DNA of 64,000 nucleotides from Octopus sinensis (taxonomy: Eukaryota). Position 1 is the first letter of the stretch. The number at the start of each line of letters is the position of its first letter. This document shows positions 34,715 to 47,787 of this stretch, piece after piece. The notes beneath the pieces are model-generated. The model was not told where the DNA came from, did no database searches, and saw nothing but the letters and a program-made list of their open reading frames with translations. Made by a program: the position numbers and the translations under genes. The stretch spans positions 33,976,001 through 34,040,000 of the forward strand of contig NC_043014.1 of assembly GCF_006345805.1 (NCBI RefSeq), read 5' to 3'.

Positions 34715-36859
34715 TATAAGTTGCAGTGGATTCATAGTTGAGTGCCTGAAGCTATAGCTGAATCCACTGCATCTTGTTGCAGAAATAGCTGTTAGTGATT
34801 GAAGTTCATAAGAAAATCGTTTATTCCTTTGTCATCTCATTTTATTACTACTCTGTAGAACACCTTGTTCTGAAGCATATGTATATTGGGTTCTATACCA
34901 GGTTTTTAGTCTTGCAATGCTTAAACAAAATATATATTTACACACACACACACATATTCATCATCATTTAACGTCCATCTTCCATGCATACACACACATG
35001 CACATATATTTCTTTCTGTTGAGAAAACTACCTAGAAATCTCAATTCAATTCAGCTGAGTAATTAATATATTATAGTCTTTGCAGCCAAGGCTGTACATT
35101 CATATCACTTCTTTTGGAATTGGGTGGGGGGGTTGTTTTTTTTTTCCAGAAATATAGAATAAGTGTGCACCCATTGCTAGCAGCATTTTACATGTATATA
35201 TAATTGTTAAAAATACTGATATTGGTATAAAAGTTTTCTAAAATGAAAATCTTTGCTTTCTGTTTTATAAATGGCGGTGCCCCAGCATGGCCACAGCTTG
35301 TGAGCTGAAACTAAAAAATAAAAAAATATGAGGTAGGAGCTTACTGGGATTTCTTCATTCCTCCCTTTAGAAAGTTCTAACCATTTAGCATTTAAACTAC
35401 CCATATCCACCCCTAATTTTCTACCTGTTTTCTGTTCAAACAGGCCAGATCTGGCCTCCCACACATACTCTACAATTCATTTTAGAGTATATTAACCCTT
35501 GTAACACAGATGAGCTGATCAGCCTGCTATTTATACAGGGTGTGGCTGAAGTAACACCCTTTTCTATTTGAGTTTTCTGGTTTCTTATTGAGCTTCTTTT
35601 TTATTTCCTAAAACTCCTGAAGTTTTTTTTTCATTAGTTTATTATGTTTCTTTAAGTAATGCAATAAATTGGTCTTCAGTAAAAAAATTACTTAAACTAT
35701 ATACTATAGTATATATAAACTATATATATACTATAAAAGTTATTAAATGTAAAAAGGGCGTTACTTCTGCTGTACCCTGTATATTAGAAAGAAGAGCCAT
35801 TTTCTGCAAGAATATGGTAAAATTTTTCTTTCTAATTTTAGAACAAGGCCAGCAGTTTTGAGGGGAGGGAATAGTTGATTACATTGACCCCAGTTCTAAA
35901 ATGGTACTTATTTTGTCAGCCCCGAAAGGATGAAAGGAAAAAAACACCCTTGGCTGTATTTGAATTCAGGACATAAAGAGCCCAAAGAAATTCCCCAATG
36001 CATTTTGTCTAGCATGATAACAATTCTGCCAGCTCACCACCTTAGAATTTGGTAAAATTGGTAGAGCATTGGGTATGATCTTTTGTATTATTAAGTTAGA
36101 TCTGTTTATGTTCTAAGTTCAAATCCCATCCTCATGACTTTGACTTTCTTCCTTCTTTGGTCAATAAAGTAAGAACCAGGCAAAAGTGAGGCAATATAAT
36201 CATGACAAACTGTAATTCATTACCTAGTGGTAATGAATTACAGTACTTTACATACATCCACTCTTCCATGCTTGCATGGTCCAGATAGAATTTGTTGAGG
36301 CAGAATTTTTGCCATGTGATCTGGTGGTCTCAGCACTGGAGGTGGAAAGGATTTATCTCCTTGCTAGTGATATAAACAACAGTGCATCAGGTACCAAAAA
36401 CCAATATGAAAGTGACCCCCAACAAACTAAGGTGTGCAAGCGCGTGTATGTATGTGAGAATGGTGTGTGTGTGTGTATATGTGTATGGACGTGTGCATAT
36501 GGGTGAGGCTAACGTGTGTGTTGTGTGTAGCAGTTCAGGTGGTACGTGTATGTTTGTGAGCGAAATTTATTTAAAGTTTTATGTTGCATAGAGCCGAATC
36601 AAACTTTTTAAAAATAATAACAACAATATATATATATTTGTTTACATCCCCATAACCTAGTAGTTCGGTAGAAGAGGTTAACAGAATAAATACTAGACTT
36701 TTAAAAATGAGTGCCAAAGTCGATATCTTGAACTAAACCCTTCGAGGCAATGCCTCAGCATGGCCACAGTCTGATGACTAAAACGAAACGCCCGAGTGAG
36801 TGTGGCAGAAAATCAGCAACACCCGAAAAACAGAGGCTAGTGTAGTAGTGACAGAAAAG

Positions 36860-37320
36860 ATGAAGGAGACGTAGAACATTCGTATAGGATGTATGATAGA
36901 TAACCACGATAAAGCAGCGAATGGACGATGTGATTAGCGCTGGTTTGGTAGAGTTTCAAGATGAGAAAGAGTTCAAGTGTTATGAGTAATTGCATGCTGG
37001 GGATGATTCTAGGTGATGTAGAGAATTGAGTACTGCGAAAGCTTCGGTTTCTGCATCAACGACATCTGTTGTGAGCATTGATGTCACTCGAAATGATAAT
37101 GAGATAGATTCGCTCGTTGCAGAAACAAATAGAGTTGTTGGTGATTGGAGTTCGGGCAGCGTAGAAAAAGCAAATGTAATCGGAGAAGTGGCGGAAGGAG
37201 GCCTTGAGACAGAGTAATTGGGAGTCTTTGTCGGGAGAGGTGAATGACTGAGACAGTAGACTCTACATGCGTACAGACACTTCCAAATTTCAGAGTGAGA
37301 TTTGAAAATATAGAGTAGCA
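36860..37320 (-). mobile_element. Decayed LINE apurinic endonuclease fragment (CR1/L2/Jockey-like)
   Basis: Minus-strand pieces YCLSHSP, IISSDINAHN, TEAFAVLNSL and TLELFL across frameshifts resemble APE motifs YRSP, GDFNAH and LDLFL. Confidence 0.55.
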
Positions 37321-38659
37321 AAAGAAAAAGTTACTGAAAACAACTGTAAAGTGTTTTTTTTTTAAATTATTTGGTCAATATTACCGTCCATCCATCTTCT
37401 CCGCTCGCTTTCTTGGTAGGGTCACAGGAGTAGAGTTCTCAGACACCTTCATCATAGAGTTTTGTCAGAAGCAACGGTCATTAGATTTTCTGGCTGGATT
37501 CTTGAGACTATGGATATTATTCAATCATTTTGTTCTTGGTCTACCAAGAAATTAACACAATAAGCAAATATATAAAGAAAGGCTCTGGAACAATTTTGTA
37601 GTAATAAAGGGAAATAATTGTTGTATTTCAGGATGGTCATTTTTTTTTTGCTGAAGGGAAGTAACTTATATTTGAATTACTTCCCTTGACATGTGCATTT
37701 AACGGAAAATGCCACTAGCAAAGAGAGGACTGTTCGTTTGCAGATTAAATAATTGGATAATGTAACTTTAGCTATTGTACATTTGAAAATTAGACAAGAT
37801 GGTTACCATTCGTCACTGGTCAGCTCAATTATCTTTGGGATAAATGACAAAGCAAAATTTACCTTATAACGAGTTTATAAATTCTCAAAATAGAATGTGA
37901 GAGTTTAAGTGTGCGCCTATGTAACTAATTTAACTGTGATCGAAATTTTATCAAACATAAATATGAAAACCGATATAGATTCAGAAAAGTCGAAAAGACT
38001 GAAGAAGATATTCGAAGGTATTGAAAATGTTATGTAAACCAAAAATAAATAAATAAACAATTTGGTCGAGGAGTAACTACTTCGTGGGGAAACGTTCTAA
38101 ATAAATAATTATATGGTTGGGTTCTAGGAAAATACTTAGAAATCCAATTCTACATCTGTATCTGGGCTAGTCTATTTAGGATCACTGTTGTTTACTTCGA
38201 ATGTAGCAGGCCCTAGAAAGTGTGATCTAAATATCGAAAGTCATTTGTGAGCCTTTCTGGGTAACTGCATTCCAGTGAGTCACTCTCGTTGCAGTCTATA
38301 CATCAAGATGTATCTCGTTCATCCTACGTAAATGGTGATTAAAATAATGAGCGTCAGAGCTCAGTTTAATTTGAAGGATAATGACAACAAACTTGAACAT
38401 AGAACAGAACATCACTTGTATGATTTACGAACTGACAAGGCTGAATATTGATGTCGCTGCTTTAAATAGACCCTAACAGTTAAGAGAATTTAAAATCTGT
38501 TTCAGATTATACTATCTTTTAAAAATGGAAGGAAAAGGGGAACGTCAAATTCAATGAGTCGATTTTGTTGCTAAAGCAAAAACAGGTGATGAAGTATCAA
38601 CTCACACCAAGAACAATTAACGACATATTCATGATTTTCCGTATACCACTCTATGGAGA

Positions 38660-39050
38660 GACTTTCATTACTTGTCGACGCTTCTATGCCCGAATGAGAC
38701 ACCAATGATGATGTTAAGGATAAATTCTACCATCAACTGAACACCGCCCTCTCCAAAGTAGCAACAAGGAACAAATTAGTTCTGTTTAATGCCAGGATCG
38801 AGAGACAAGCGATTATGAGGAAATGTTGCGGGAAAAATGGAAACTACTATGTGAATGGACTGCTGCTTTTTGGGGATGTAGATCAGAAACTTTTCATCGT
38901 TAAACCACTTCAAAACCATGTGAACACAATTGGTATGTTTTTGATTATGTCATCACTCGAAAACATGACGAACAATCACAAATTCCTCATCAGTTGACTC
39001 AAGATCTCCACCCGTCAAAATCACCAAGCCACTTTTCAGCTCCAGACGGG
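38660..39050 (+). mobile_element. Decayed RTE-type LINE endonuclease fragment
   Basis: NDDVKDKFYHQLNTALSKVATRNKLVL-FNARI...GKNG...NGLLL. Confidence 0.75.
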
Positions 39051-39165
39051 TTAGTGTGTATCTTGTTGCTACATTATCAATAGGTATGAAACTAAAAGCG
39101 TATGACGTACTCATTCAATTTTGTTTTTCTTTTTCTTTTCCCTGGCATAGACGAAAGTATGGCTG

Positions 39166-39510
39166 AGCGGCAGTGGTGGCTCGTAGATAAAATTACTGGA
39201 GGTGCGGCTTCAGAAAATTTCTAGCCGTTGTTTTAATATTGTGTAAAAGGAAATAAACATATAAAAAGAAAATTTATGCATAAACTTGAACGGTTCGCGT
39301 TTTAGCCACTGCCGGTTAGTGTGTTTAATTTGTTCACTGAACACGGCCGCGAATTCCCCCTTGTTTTTCAAAGAACCCCGCTAAATCACAAAATAAGGCT
39401 GGGGGGAAATGTGCCCTATTTTTCAAATCCTGTCAGCAACACTGAAGCTGGAAGCAGGATAATTTAATTCTATACTTTATCACATTCAAGAATATAAACG
39501 CGTTTTTAAG
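39166..39510 (+). mobile_element. hAT-like transposon end, inverted copy of 3470-3805
   Basis: Reverse-complement similarity over ~330 bp. Confidence 0.6.
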
Positions 39511-39608
39511 AACACGCATGCACGCTGACTTGCACACATGCGCACACAGACAAAAGGAATGCAGCTCCGATAACGGACAGAGTCAACATACAAGGTTGCA
39601 AAGGCAAC

Positions 39609-39662
<54 letters not shown>

Positions 39663-39666
39663 TATA

Positions 39667-40893
39667 TTAGGTTGTCACATATGAAATATCGTATTTGAAA
39701 GGTAACAATAAAACGTTATTAGAAGTGTTAGGGAACTGATTTATTTAATCAAATTATGATCCACGTTCATTTATGACATATACCCAACGTGTCTCTAAGT
39801 CATATATTCCATCTTTAAAAAATGTTCATCTTTTGCTGTCTGAATGCTTCAATTATCCCTTCTCTATTTAAGAATGTTTTATTGCGTAAAATGTTTACTT
39901 AAATGATAATCAGTAGGAGAGATATCAGGGAATAGGGAGAATGTTGCAAAATCTTATAATTCAGGTTTTGCAACTTTTGGACCGTAGCTTGAGAAGTATG
40001 AGAACATGCATTGTCGAAGAGCAAAATATGGCCATCTCTATTCACTAGTCTGGGTTGCTTTTTTTTCAAATTCTCAGACATACAATCAATTTCCTGGCAA
40101 TACAATGTTGTTCTTACCGTTTTTCTACGTTGAAAAAGTGAATAATGAATAACCCCCTTTGCAGATCATTATACAGTGACCATTAACATTTTAAGGTGCA
40201 ATGGTGGTTTTGGGTAGTGACTCTCCTGCATCTAACCACTCTCCTGTTCTGCTGTTGTCAAAGAGTATCCATTTCTCATCACATGTAATGATTCGATGCA
40301 AAAATGGGTTTTTTTTTCCAGTCAAGAAAGCAATACGAAGCACACTTCGAGGCACCTGTTTTTTTTTTTTTAATCTCGTTCAGTTGACGTGGAACAAACC
40401 TATCCTTTTTCTTGACTTTCCCAATATTTCTCTGGTATCGTGAAACAATTGTGTGAGATGTTTGGAGTTCAGTTGAACATTTTCGGACCGTTGTTCTCGG
40501 ATTTTGTTCAACCAAAGCATTTAATCTATCTTGCCGAATAACTAATTTTGGCTTCACCTTTGGTTCATTTTCAAGGCTATTACCTCATGAACAAAATCTT
40601 TGGAACCATCTCTAAACAGTTCTGATTCCAACAAAACAAATACCAAAGGCCCGTTTGATATTCCGTAGACCTTCTGCAGCAGTGTGACCCAGTTTTTTCT
40701 CATACAAGAAAATGACTCGACATTGTTTGGTTCTTATCATTTTCATAATGTCTCTGGGTACGAATTTTCCATACCAATATTGTCTGGAAAGAAAAAGAGT
40801 CAAGATTAAATGCAAGGGTATACATAATTGAGTTTTTAAATGACTGAAATAACAACTAATTAAAAATGCGACATTTCATGTGTGATAACCTAT
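39667..40893 (-). mobile_element. Full-length decayed mariner transposon in TA repeats
   Basis: TIRs TTAGGTTGTCACATATGAAAT / ATTTCATGTGTGATAACCTA; minus-strand pieces QCRVIFLYEKKLGHTAAE, LNALVEQNPRTTVR and YCQEID...RLVNRDGHILLFDNACSHTSQ...LQHSPYS with stops and frameshifts. Confidence 0.93.
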
Positions 40894-40904
40894 ATATATA
40901 TCAC

Positions 40905-41207
40905 GTGATCACGTGACCGACCAGTCCATCAGATGTAGTTACACATCGCTGGTCACAATGCATTCGCATTGTTTTAGCCTTCGAATGACGCCACCCGCTG
41001 GCTAAGCGAGCAGGCCAACAGACGAAAAAGTGGGAGAAAGAGTGGTGAAAGAGTACAGCAGGGATCACCACCCCCTGCCGGAGCTTCGTGGAGCTTTTAG
41101 GTGTTTTCGCTCAATAAACACTCAGAACGCCCGGTCTGGGAATCGAAACCACGATCCTACGACCGCGAGTCCGCTGCCCTAACCACTGGGCCATTGCGCC
41201 TCCACAC
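40905..41207 (-). mobile_element. tRNA-derived SINE, family C head with a different 3' tail
   Basis: Reverse complement GGCGCAATGGCCCAGTGGTTAGGGCAGCGGACTCGCGGTCGTAGGATCGTGGTTTCGATTCCCAGACC. Confidence 0.85.
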
Positions 41208-41222
41208 ACACAAACACACACA

Positions 41223-41278
<56 letters not shown>

Positions 41279-41280
41279 CA

Positions 41281-42190
41281 TTCAACAGCATCGACGGCAT
41301 GAGAGCAGCAACAGTAGCAGAAACACCAACACTGGTACCAGTACTAGCGCTACGGCCGGAGAAGATGACCGTGCCGACACCAGCGAATCTAACATTACCA
41401 CATTACCGACAGCACCCATATCACCACCGGCGGCAATAGCGCCAATCATACGGCCAGGGATGACCGCCACAGTGATAACAACCACAGTGACATCAGCCAC
41501 AGCTTCATCGTCGAACCCGCTCATCATAATGATAACAGCACTGACGGCATCCCCAACAACACCGGTGGCAACAACATCCCCAGGTCCAGAGCCAACTGGA
41601 GATGCACCAGTAATGTGAACACAACCAATACCCAAGCCTGGAAATACATCGGATTCGGCGGTACGGCTTTCAAGCGACGCTTGTACAACCACAGGTCCTC
41701 ATTCAGGATCCCAGAAAGACGTTTTGTCGCATTCCTGACCAGCCATGTGCGGCACCTCAAAGATCAAGGGGCCCCATACGATACAAAGTGGAAGATCTTA
41801 GAACAGCCGGGTCCCTACTTCAACGGGAGTGGACGCTGTAAGCTCTGCATAGCTGAGCGAACTAGGATACATAAACTCCCTAAGACCTTTGACGCTGAAT
41901 ACACGCCATGCACCCATTTCAAGCGCTACCTGCTGCAAACATGGGATTTCCCGTTCGTTGACTAAGCTCGGAAGAGTCCTTACGATCCATTAGAAAGGAT
42001 AGATCCCTTATTTCCCTCACCAAATTGCTGGTCTAGGAGAGATAACCTGTCCTCACTATCGCCAGACTTTTTATTCTTTGATGATCTTTTGACCATTGTA
42101 ACAACTTTCCACCTCCGAGAGGGGAAAAGTTAATTTTGCCTTCGAACTAGAATCTGATGAGTCGTCCATGAAGCTATGGCTTTATTACTT
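41281..42190 (+). mobile_element. Penelope-like element 3' fragment with GIY-YIG endonuclease (41615-41965)
   Basis: KYIG..FKRRLYNHRSSFR...WKIL...RCKLCIAER resembles Penelope-like endonuclease C-termini; followed by a 3' region with CTGATGA at ~42154. Confidence 0.75.
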
Positions 42191-42333
42191 TAATAATAAT
42201 AATGATAATAATAATAATATATAAATTAAGTACCAGTAGCGTACTGGAGTGGATGTAATTGACTGACCCCGCTCTCCAAAAATTTCGGGCCTTGAGCCTA
42301 GAGTAGAAAAGAAAAGAATATTCCTTCTAACTA

Positions 42334-42732
42334 AGGCGGCGAGCTGGCAGAAACGTTAGCAGGCCGGGCGAAATACTTAGTGGTATTTCGTCTGCCGCTA
42401 CGTTCTGAGTTCAAATTCTGCTGAGATCGACTTTGCCTTTCATCCTTTCGGGGCCGATTAAATAAGTACCAGTTACGCAATGGGGTCGATATACTCGACT
42501 TAATACGTTTGTCTGTCCTTGTTTGTCCTCTCTGTGTTTAGCCCCTTGTGGGTAGTAAAGAAATAGGTATTTCGTCTGCCGCTACGTTCTGAGTTCAAAT
42601 TCTGCTGAGATCGACTTTGCCTTTCATCCTTTCGGGGCCGATTAAATAAGTACCAGTTACGCACTGGAGTCGATGTAATCGACTGTCCTTGTTTGTCCCT
42701 TCTATGTTTATCCCCCTGTGAGCAATAAAGAA
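42334..42732 (+). mobile_element. Dimeric SINE family A
   Basis: One head followed by two bodies. Confidence 0.88.
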
Positions 42733-42844
42733 ATAAATATTCCCTCTAATCTTTTGTTGTGTTTGTGCAAATTTTGTCTCTCGTTGCAAAATATGGACAC
42801 ATCCAAGCGAGAAAATTTCTTTATTAAAAAAAAAATTGATTTCA

Positions 42845-43139
42845 TTCTATTACTCTTTTACTTGTTTCAGTCATTTGACTGTGGTTGTGCTGGAGCACCG
42901 CCTTAAAAGGTGTTAGTCGAACGACTTATTCTTTGTAAGCCTAGTGCTTATTCCATCGGTCTCTTTTGCCGAACCGCAAGCGATTGTGGGGGGGGGGACA
43001 AACACTGGCGCGCGCACACAGACACAAACACACACACATACACACGCACACACACACACATATATATATAACAATATAAATAATATATATTATTTATATT
43101 ATTTAACTGAACGTCATGCATCCATTTCCAAGTAAGTTG

Positions 43140-43199
<60 letters not shown>

Positions 43200-44409
43200 A
43201 AAAAATGAAGTTCGAAAATGCTGCTGTATTATACAATTTTTAATTTTTATATATACATTATAACATGTTTCAGTTCCTGAAATGAACTTTATCAAAAAAA
43301 GTTATATATAAAAAAAGACAGCTCATGCCGTCAAACACAAGAAATTCATTTATAATACACAACGGAGTCAGACATCTTAGAGTTCATGTATAGTTGATAT
43401 ATAGTTCATGTATAGTTGATATATAGTTTGAAGTATATGTTCAAAGTGTTCGATGCAGTGGCCCACGGTGGCGATACGTATTCAATACAAAAAACAGATC
43501 AAAGTGGTGGAAAGCGGTCAATACAGAAGATTGATGTTTCCGAAAGAGCGAGGAATTCATTTTTACCTTAAGCAAATGTGATGACCCATGGTGGATGTTC
43601 GCTGGGTGGTTCTAATGAGTTTTTGTGAAGTGCTCGGTTTTATAATGCCTGTTAGGTGGTCAATCCAGCGTAGCGTGACGTCATCAACGTTTTGACCAAT
43701 CGTTTCGTTAGGTGGCTTTAGTCAAGTAGAACGGGACGTCATCATTATTTTGACCAATCGCTGCATTATAACTGCCTCTTGTTTGTTTCCTGTTTTGAAA
43801 CAAAATCTTCCAAAATCTTCAAAATAATGATGACGTCCCGTTCTACTTGACTAAAGCCACCTAACGAAATGATTGGTCAAAATGTTGATGACGTCACGCT
43901 ACGCTGGATTGACCACCTAACAGGCATTATAAAACCGAGCACTTCACAAAAACTCATTAGAACCACCCAGCGAACATCCACCATGGGTCATCACATTTGC
44001 TTAAGGTAAAAATGAATTCCTCGCTCTTTCGGAAACATCAATCTTCTGTATTGACCGCTTTCCACCACTTTGATCTGTTTTTTGTATTGAATACGTATCG
44101 CCACCGTGGGCCACTGCATCGAACACTTTGAACATATACTTCAAACTATATATCAACTATACATGAACTATATATCAACTATACATGAACTCTAAGATGT
44201 CTGACTCCGTTGTGTATTATAAATGAATTTCTTGTGTTTGACGGCATGAGCTGTCTTTTTTTATATATAACTTTTTTTGATAAAGTTCATTTCAGGAACT
44301 GAAACATGTTATAATGTATATATAAAAATTAAAAATTGTATAATACAGCAGCATTTTCGAACTTCATTTTTTACAAATATATACCTACTCGTATACGAGC
44401 TAATCCTAT

Positions 44410-44481
<72 letters not shown>

Positions 44482-44635
44482 ACGGGCTTCTTTCAGTTTC
44501 CGTCTACCAAGTCCACTCAAAAGGCTTTGGTCGGGCCGAGCTGTAGTAGAAGAGACTTGCCCAGTGTGCCACGCAATGAGACTGAACCTGGAGCCATGTG
44601 TTTGGGGAGCAAGCTTCTTATCAAACAGCCACGCC
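42845..44635 (-). mobile_element. SINE family B split by a ~1.4-kb insertion containing the large palindrome
   Basis: 3' half at ~42845-43050, 5' half at ~44478-44635. Confidence 0.7.
43189..44383. repeat. Near-perfect long palindrome: 565-bp arms, 65-bp spacer
   Basis: Arms 43189-43753 and 43819-44383; two mismatches by eye (43689/43883 and 43702/43870), no indels. Confidence 0.95.
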
Positions 44636-45206
44636 ATGTTGAAAACTTAGTACATTTTTATTTTTGTGCGTTGGGTACAAAATATGTGTGCGCATGCGTA
44701 GGTGAGCAGCTTAAAAGTAACATTGTCTGCAATACACATAACTCTCTTTTGAAGTACCTGAACCCGCAACGTTTTATTTTTTCCTCTTTCCTTACAATAA
44801 CTACATTTGTTTTTACTACCACACTTCCGGCGAAACATTTTAATCTGGCATGTCAAAATTTTAATTTCTTTAACAATCCCATAATCGGAGTGTCACATAT
44901 GGATTGTCGCTTATAGCTAAGTTTTTTAAAATGTGATATTGGAAAAGAATTTTTTTTCTCAAATTCTATCGGAAATCACCGCTGACACACACGTCATAAG
45001 ATTAGAATATACTGACCTAGGCTCTCAAACAGCAGAAATCGACACCACAAGGTCTTGTCAATTTTTCTGTGCTGATCCTATTTACAAAGACTTCTGGTTC
45101 ATACATATTTACTGGAAAATCTTCAGTTTTCTTGGCTGTACTCAACGCAGAAGTATCAGTGGCAGGATACGAACGACCAATCTTTCTACCTGTTGCTCGT
45201 TATACT

Positions 45207-45437
45207 TATTTCTTTACTACCCACAAGGGGCTAAACACAGAGGGGACAAACAAGGACAGACAAAGGGATTAAGTCAATTATATCGACCCCAGTGCCTAAC
45301 TGGTACTTAATTTATCGACCCCGAAAGGATGAAAGGCAAAGTCGACCTCGGCGGAAATTGAACTCACAACGTAACGACAGACGAAATACCGCTCGCCATT
45401 TCGCCCGACGTGCTAACGATTCTGCCAGCTCGCCGCC
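45207..45437 (-). mobile_element. Full-length SINE family A with 14-bp TSD
   Basis: TSD ttgctcgttatact at 45193-45206 and 45438-45451. Confidence 0.93.
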
Positions 45438-46144
45438 TTGCTCGTTATACTATCGGTTCTGCCATTTGCATCCTTAGACATCTATGCATGTATATATAAT
45501 GCATGTATGTATGTATAAATAGGAAGCGGTTCTTAAAAGGCATCGTTTTCTCCAAAGACCCAAAGATAAGCGAGATTTGTTAAAGATCAGTGAAGCGTTC
45601 AGTAGTTACTCATTACATTTGCAGAACTTTCCTTGTGATTATGTTTACATATGTACAGATAGCGCATACATAACCTCTTAGATAAAATACTTTCTTCAAA
45701 CATTAATAAATACAATGTTACTATTATTGAAATGTTACGCCTCCATTCCGACTACGCTAAAACTAGCAACCAAACTACATGGCGTGTCTTTCCCCCCAAT
45801 TACTAATGAAATGTCATTCAGATTGATTTCCTCTCTGTGGGAAGCTGTTTGTATTTATACCATGAAAGATGACTAGAGCTGCTGTTTCATTAAACTATTC
45901 GCTGAAACCTTGCACTCGCCTGTCCAACCGCGATCTCCCCACCACCTCTCTCTACTTCTTTCCTTTTCTTTTAACCCTTTTTTCTCTTCACCGTTCTGTA
46001 ACAGTGAAGACGTCAAAGAGTAACTCCGAAACAAAACGGATAAATACAGTTAAGAGATCAAATATCAGAATCAAGGCTGCCAAAGAGATCTTAAGGAATC
46101 TTCTAGAACATGTACATGCACACACACCAAGAAAATCTGTGTGA

Positions 46145-46740
46145 TATGAAGGTTGTTTCCCAACTACATGGTCTCGGGTTCAGTCCCACTGCGTGGCACC
46201 CTGAGCAAGTGCCTTCTACTATAGCCATGGGCCAACTAAAGACCTATGAGTGGATTTGGTAATCGGAAACTGAAAGGAGTCTATCGTGTGTGTGTGTGTG
46301 TGTGTGGTGTGTGTGTGTGTGTGTCTGTACCCCACCACCGCCTGACAACTGGTGTTGATGTGTTTACGTTCCCGTAACCTACCGGTTCAGCAAAAGACAC
46401 TGATAGAATAAGTACCAGGCTTAAAAAGAAGGCGGTGAGCTGGCAGAAACGTTAGCATTCCGGGCGAAATGCTTAGCAGTATTTCGTCAGTCTTTATGTT
46501 CTGAGTTCAAATTCCGCCAAGGTCGACTTTGACTTTCATCCTTTCGGGTCGATAAATTAAGTACCAGTTACGCACTGGGGTCGATGTAATCGACTTAATC
46601 CGTTTGTTTGTCCCCTCTATGTGAAGCCCCTTGTGGGTAGTAAAAAAATAAGAAATCAAGTACTGAGGTCGATTCTTCAAGGCGTGCCCCAGCACGGCCG
46701 CAGTCTAATGACTGAAACAAGCAAAAGATAAAAGGTTATA
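46145..46740 (+). mobile_element. SINE family B with nested SINE family A (~46432-46650)
   Basis: Family B body resumes after aagaaat at ~46655. Confidence 0.82.
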
Positions 46741-47039
46741 AAAATATAAATTTTAGATAGAAATGCAACCGTATTTTACCTACTTTGATATGTAGATCAA
46801 TTATGCTTCCTCTTCGATTCCTCTCGTATTTTCCCGAAGTACCTTTTGCTAACAACTCCTTTCCCAATTCCATTTTTCCGGTTTCATCTCTCATATAATT
46901 CATTCTATATCATGTCTCTTTATATATTGCTCTGCATAGAATCTACCTTTTACAACCTCCTCTTTTCGATACTGTTTATCGGCGAGAATATTCCATCAAC
47001 GTATGGCTGTTGAATGTGGTAAGATAGTTTACATTAGTC

Positions 47040-47275
47040 GTGAAGCAAGAAAACGCGGAGGGGAGAAAGATCAATAAATACAGGGGCCTGACCAACCACT
47101 ATCAGTTTGTACCAGTTGCCGTCGAGACGTCAGGAGTTCTAGGACCCCGTGCTACCGATTTCCTCACCAAAGTAGAGATAGCGGTGGTCCGACGGAAAAA
47201 TGAACACCTTGCAGCGAGTGCCGCTGACCATTCTCCGCGGCAACGCCATCGCAGTCATTACTGCGGGGCTCGGCT
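47040..47275 (+). mobile_element. Non-LTR retrotransposon 3' fragment with restriction-like endonuclease (CRE/NeSL-like)
   Basis: RKINKYRGL...FVPVAVETSGVLGP, then after a frameshift QRVPLTILRGNAIAV, matching the RLE end motif KY...FVPxAxETxG...QR..IQRGNA. Confidence 0.7.
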
Positions 47276-47395
47276 GAGCACGCCAGCTATTTTGGGGTAT
47301 GTGACCCATCAACCCTTCCCTCTCTAACTTCTCCAGCTTTACTCCACTTCTTTCTTTTCTTTTCTCTCTTTTTCACCCGTTTCTTTGTATTTAAA

Positions 47396-47787
47396 TCTCT
47401 CTATATATAAAGCTGAAGTTATCTATGTATGGCAGGTTTGGTAGCCTTCAACTAACACTATCTCCTCCGAGACCCTACGGCGCAAGTTGACCAAAATTGA
47501 GAGTATGATAGAAGAAGGCTTGCTCTTCATTTCGTAGAAGATGAAATTCAAATCGGACCATGTTAACACCAAAAATTATTTACATCAAAAAGGTGCTTTT
47601 TTTTTATGAAAATCCCTATTTCTTACGGTTTTTTTAGTGCTGTGTCGCAATTTTTCGGTGTATTTCAGCCAGAAAAATGTTCACTTAAAGAGAATAATAA
47701 GCTACATAATGCAAAATATTTATTTTTCAAAAATTCCAATTCTAAAGGGTCGAAACAAACCCGAGCAACGCCGGGTGATACTGCTAG
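47396..47787 (+). mobile_element. Non-autonomous Helitron
   Basis: A|TC start, 3' hairpin CCCGAGCAACGCCGGG, CTAG|T end; second copy at 63510-63898. Confidence 0.85.

Noticed and set aside
3470-39510. Composite transposon carrying HMBS between two inverted hAT-like ends
   Set aside because: Both termini face the gene rather than outward and the copies are diverged; they are independent insertions.
41282-41692. Minus-strand 136-aa hydrophobic ORF or a mucin-like Thr/Pro protein
   Set aside because: A by-product of the low-complexity leader of the Penelope-like fragment; no splice or domain support.
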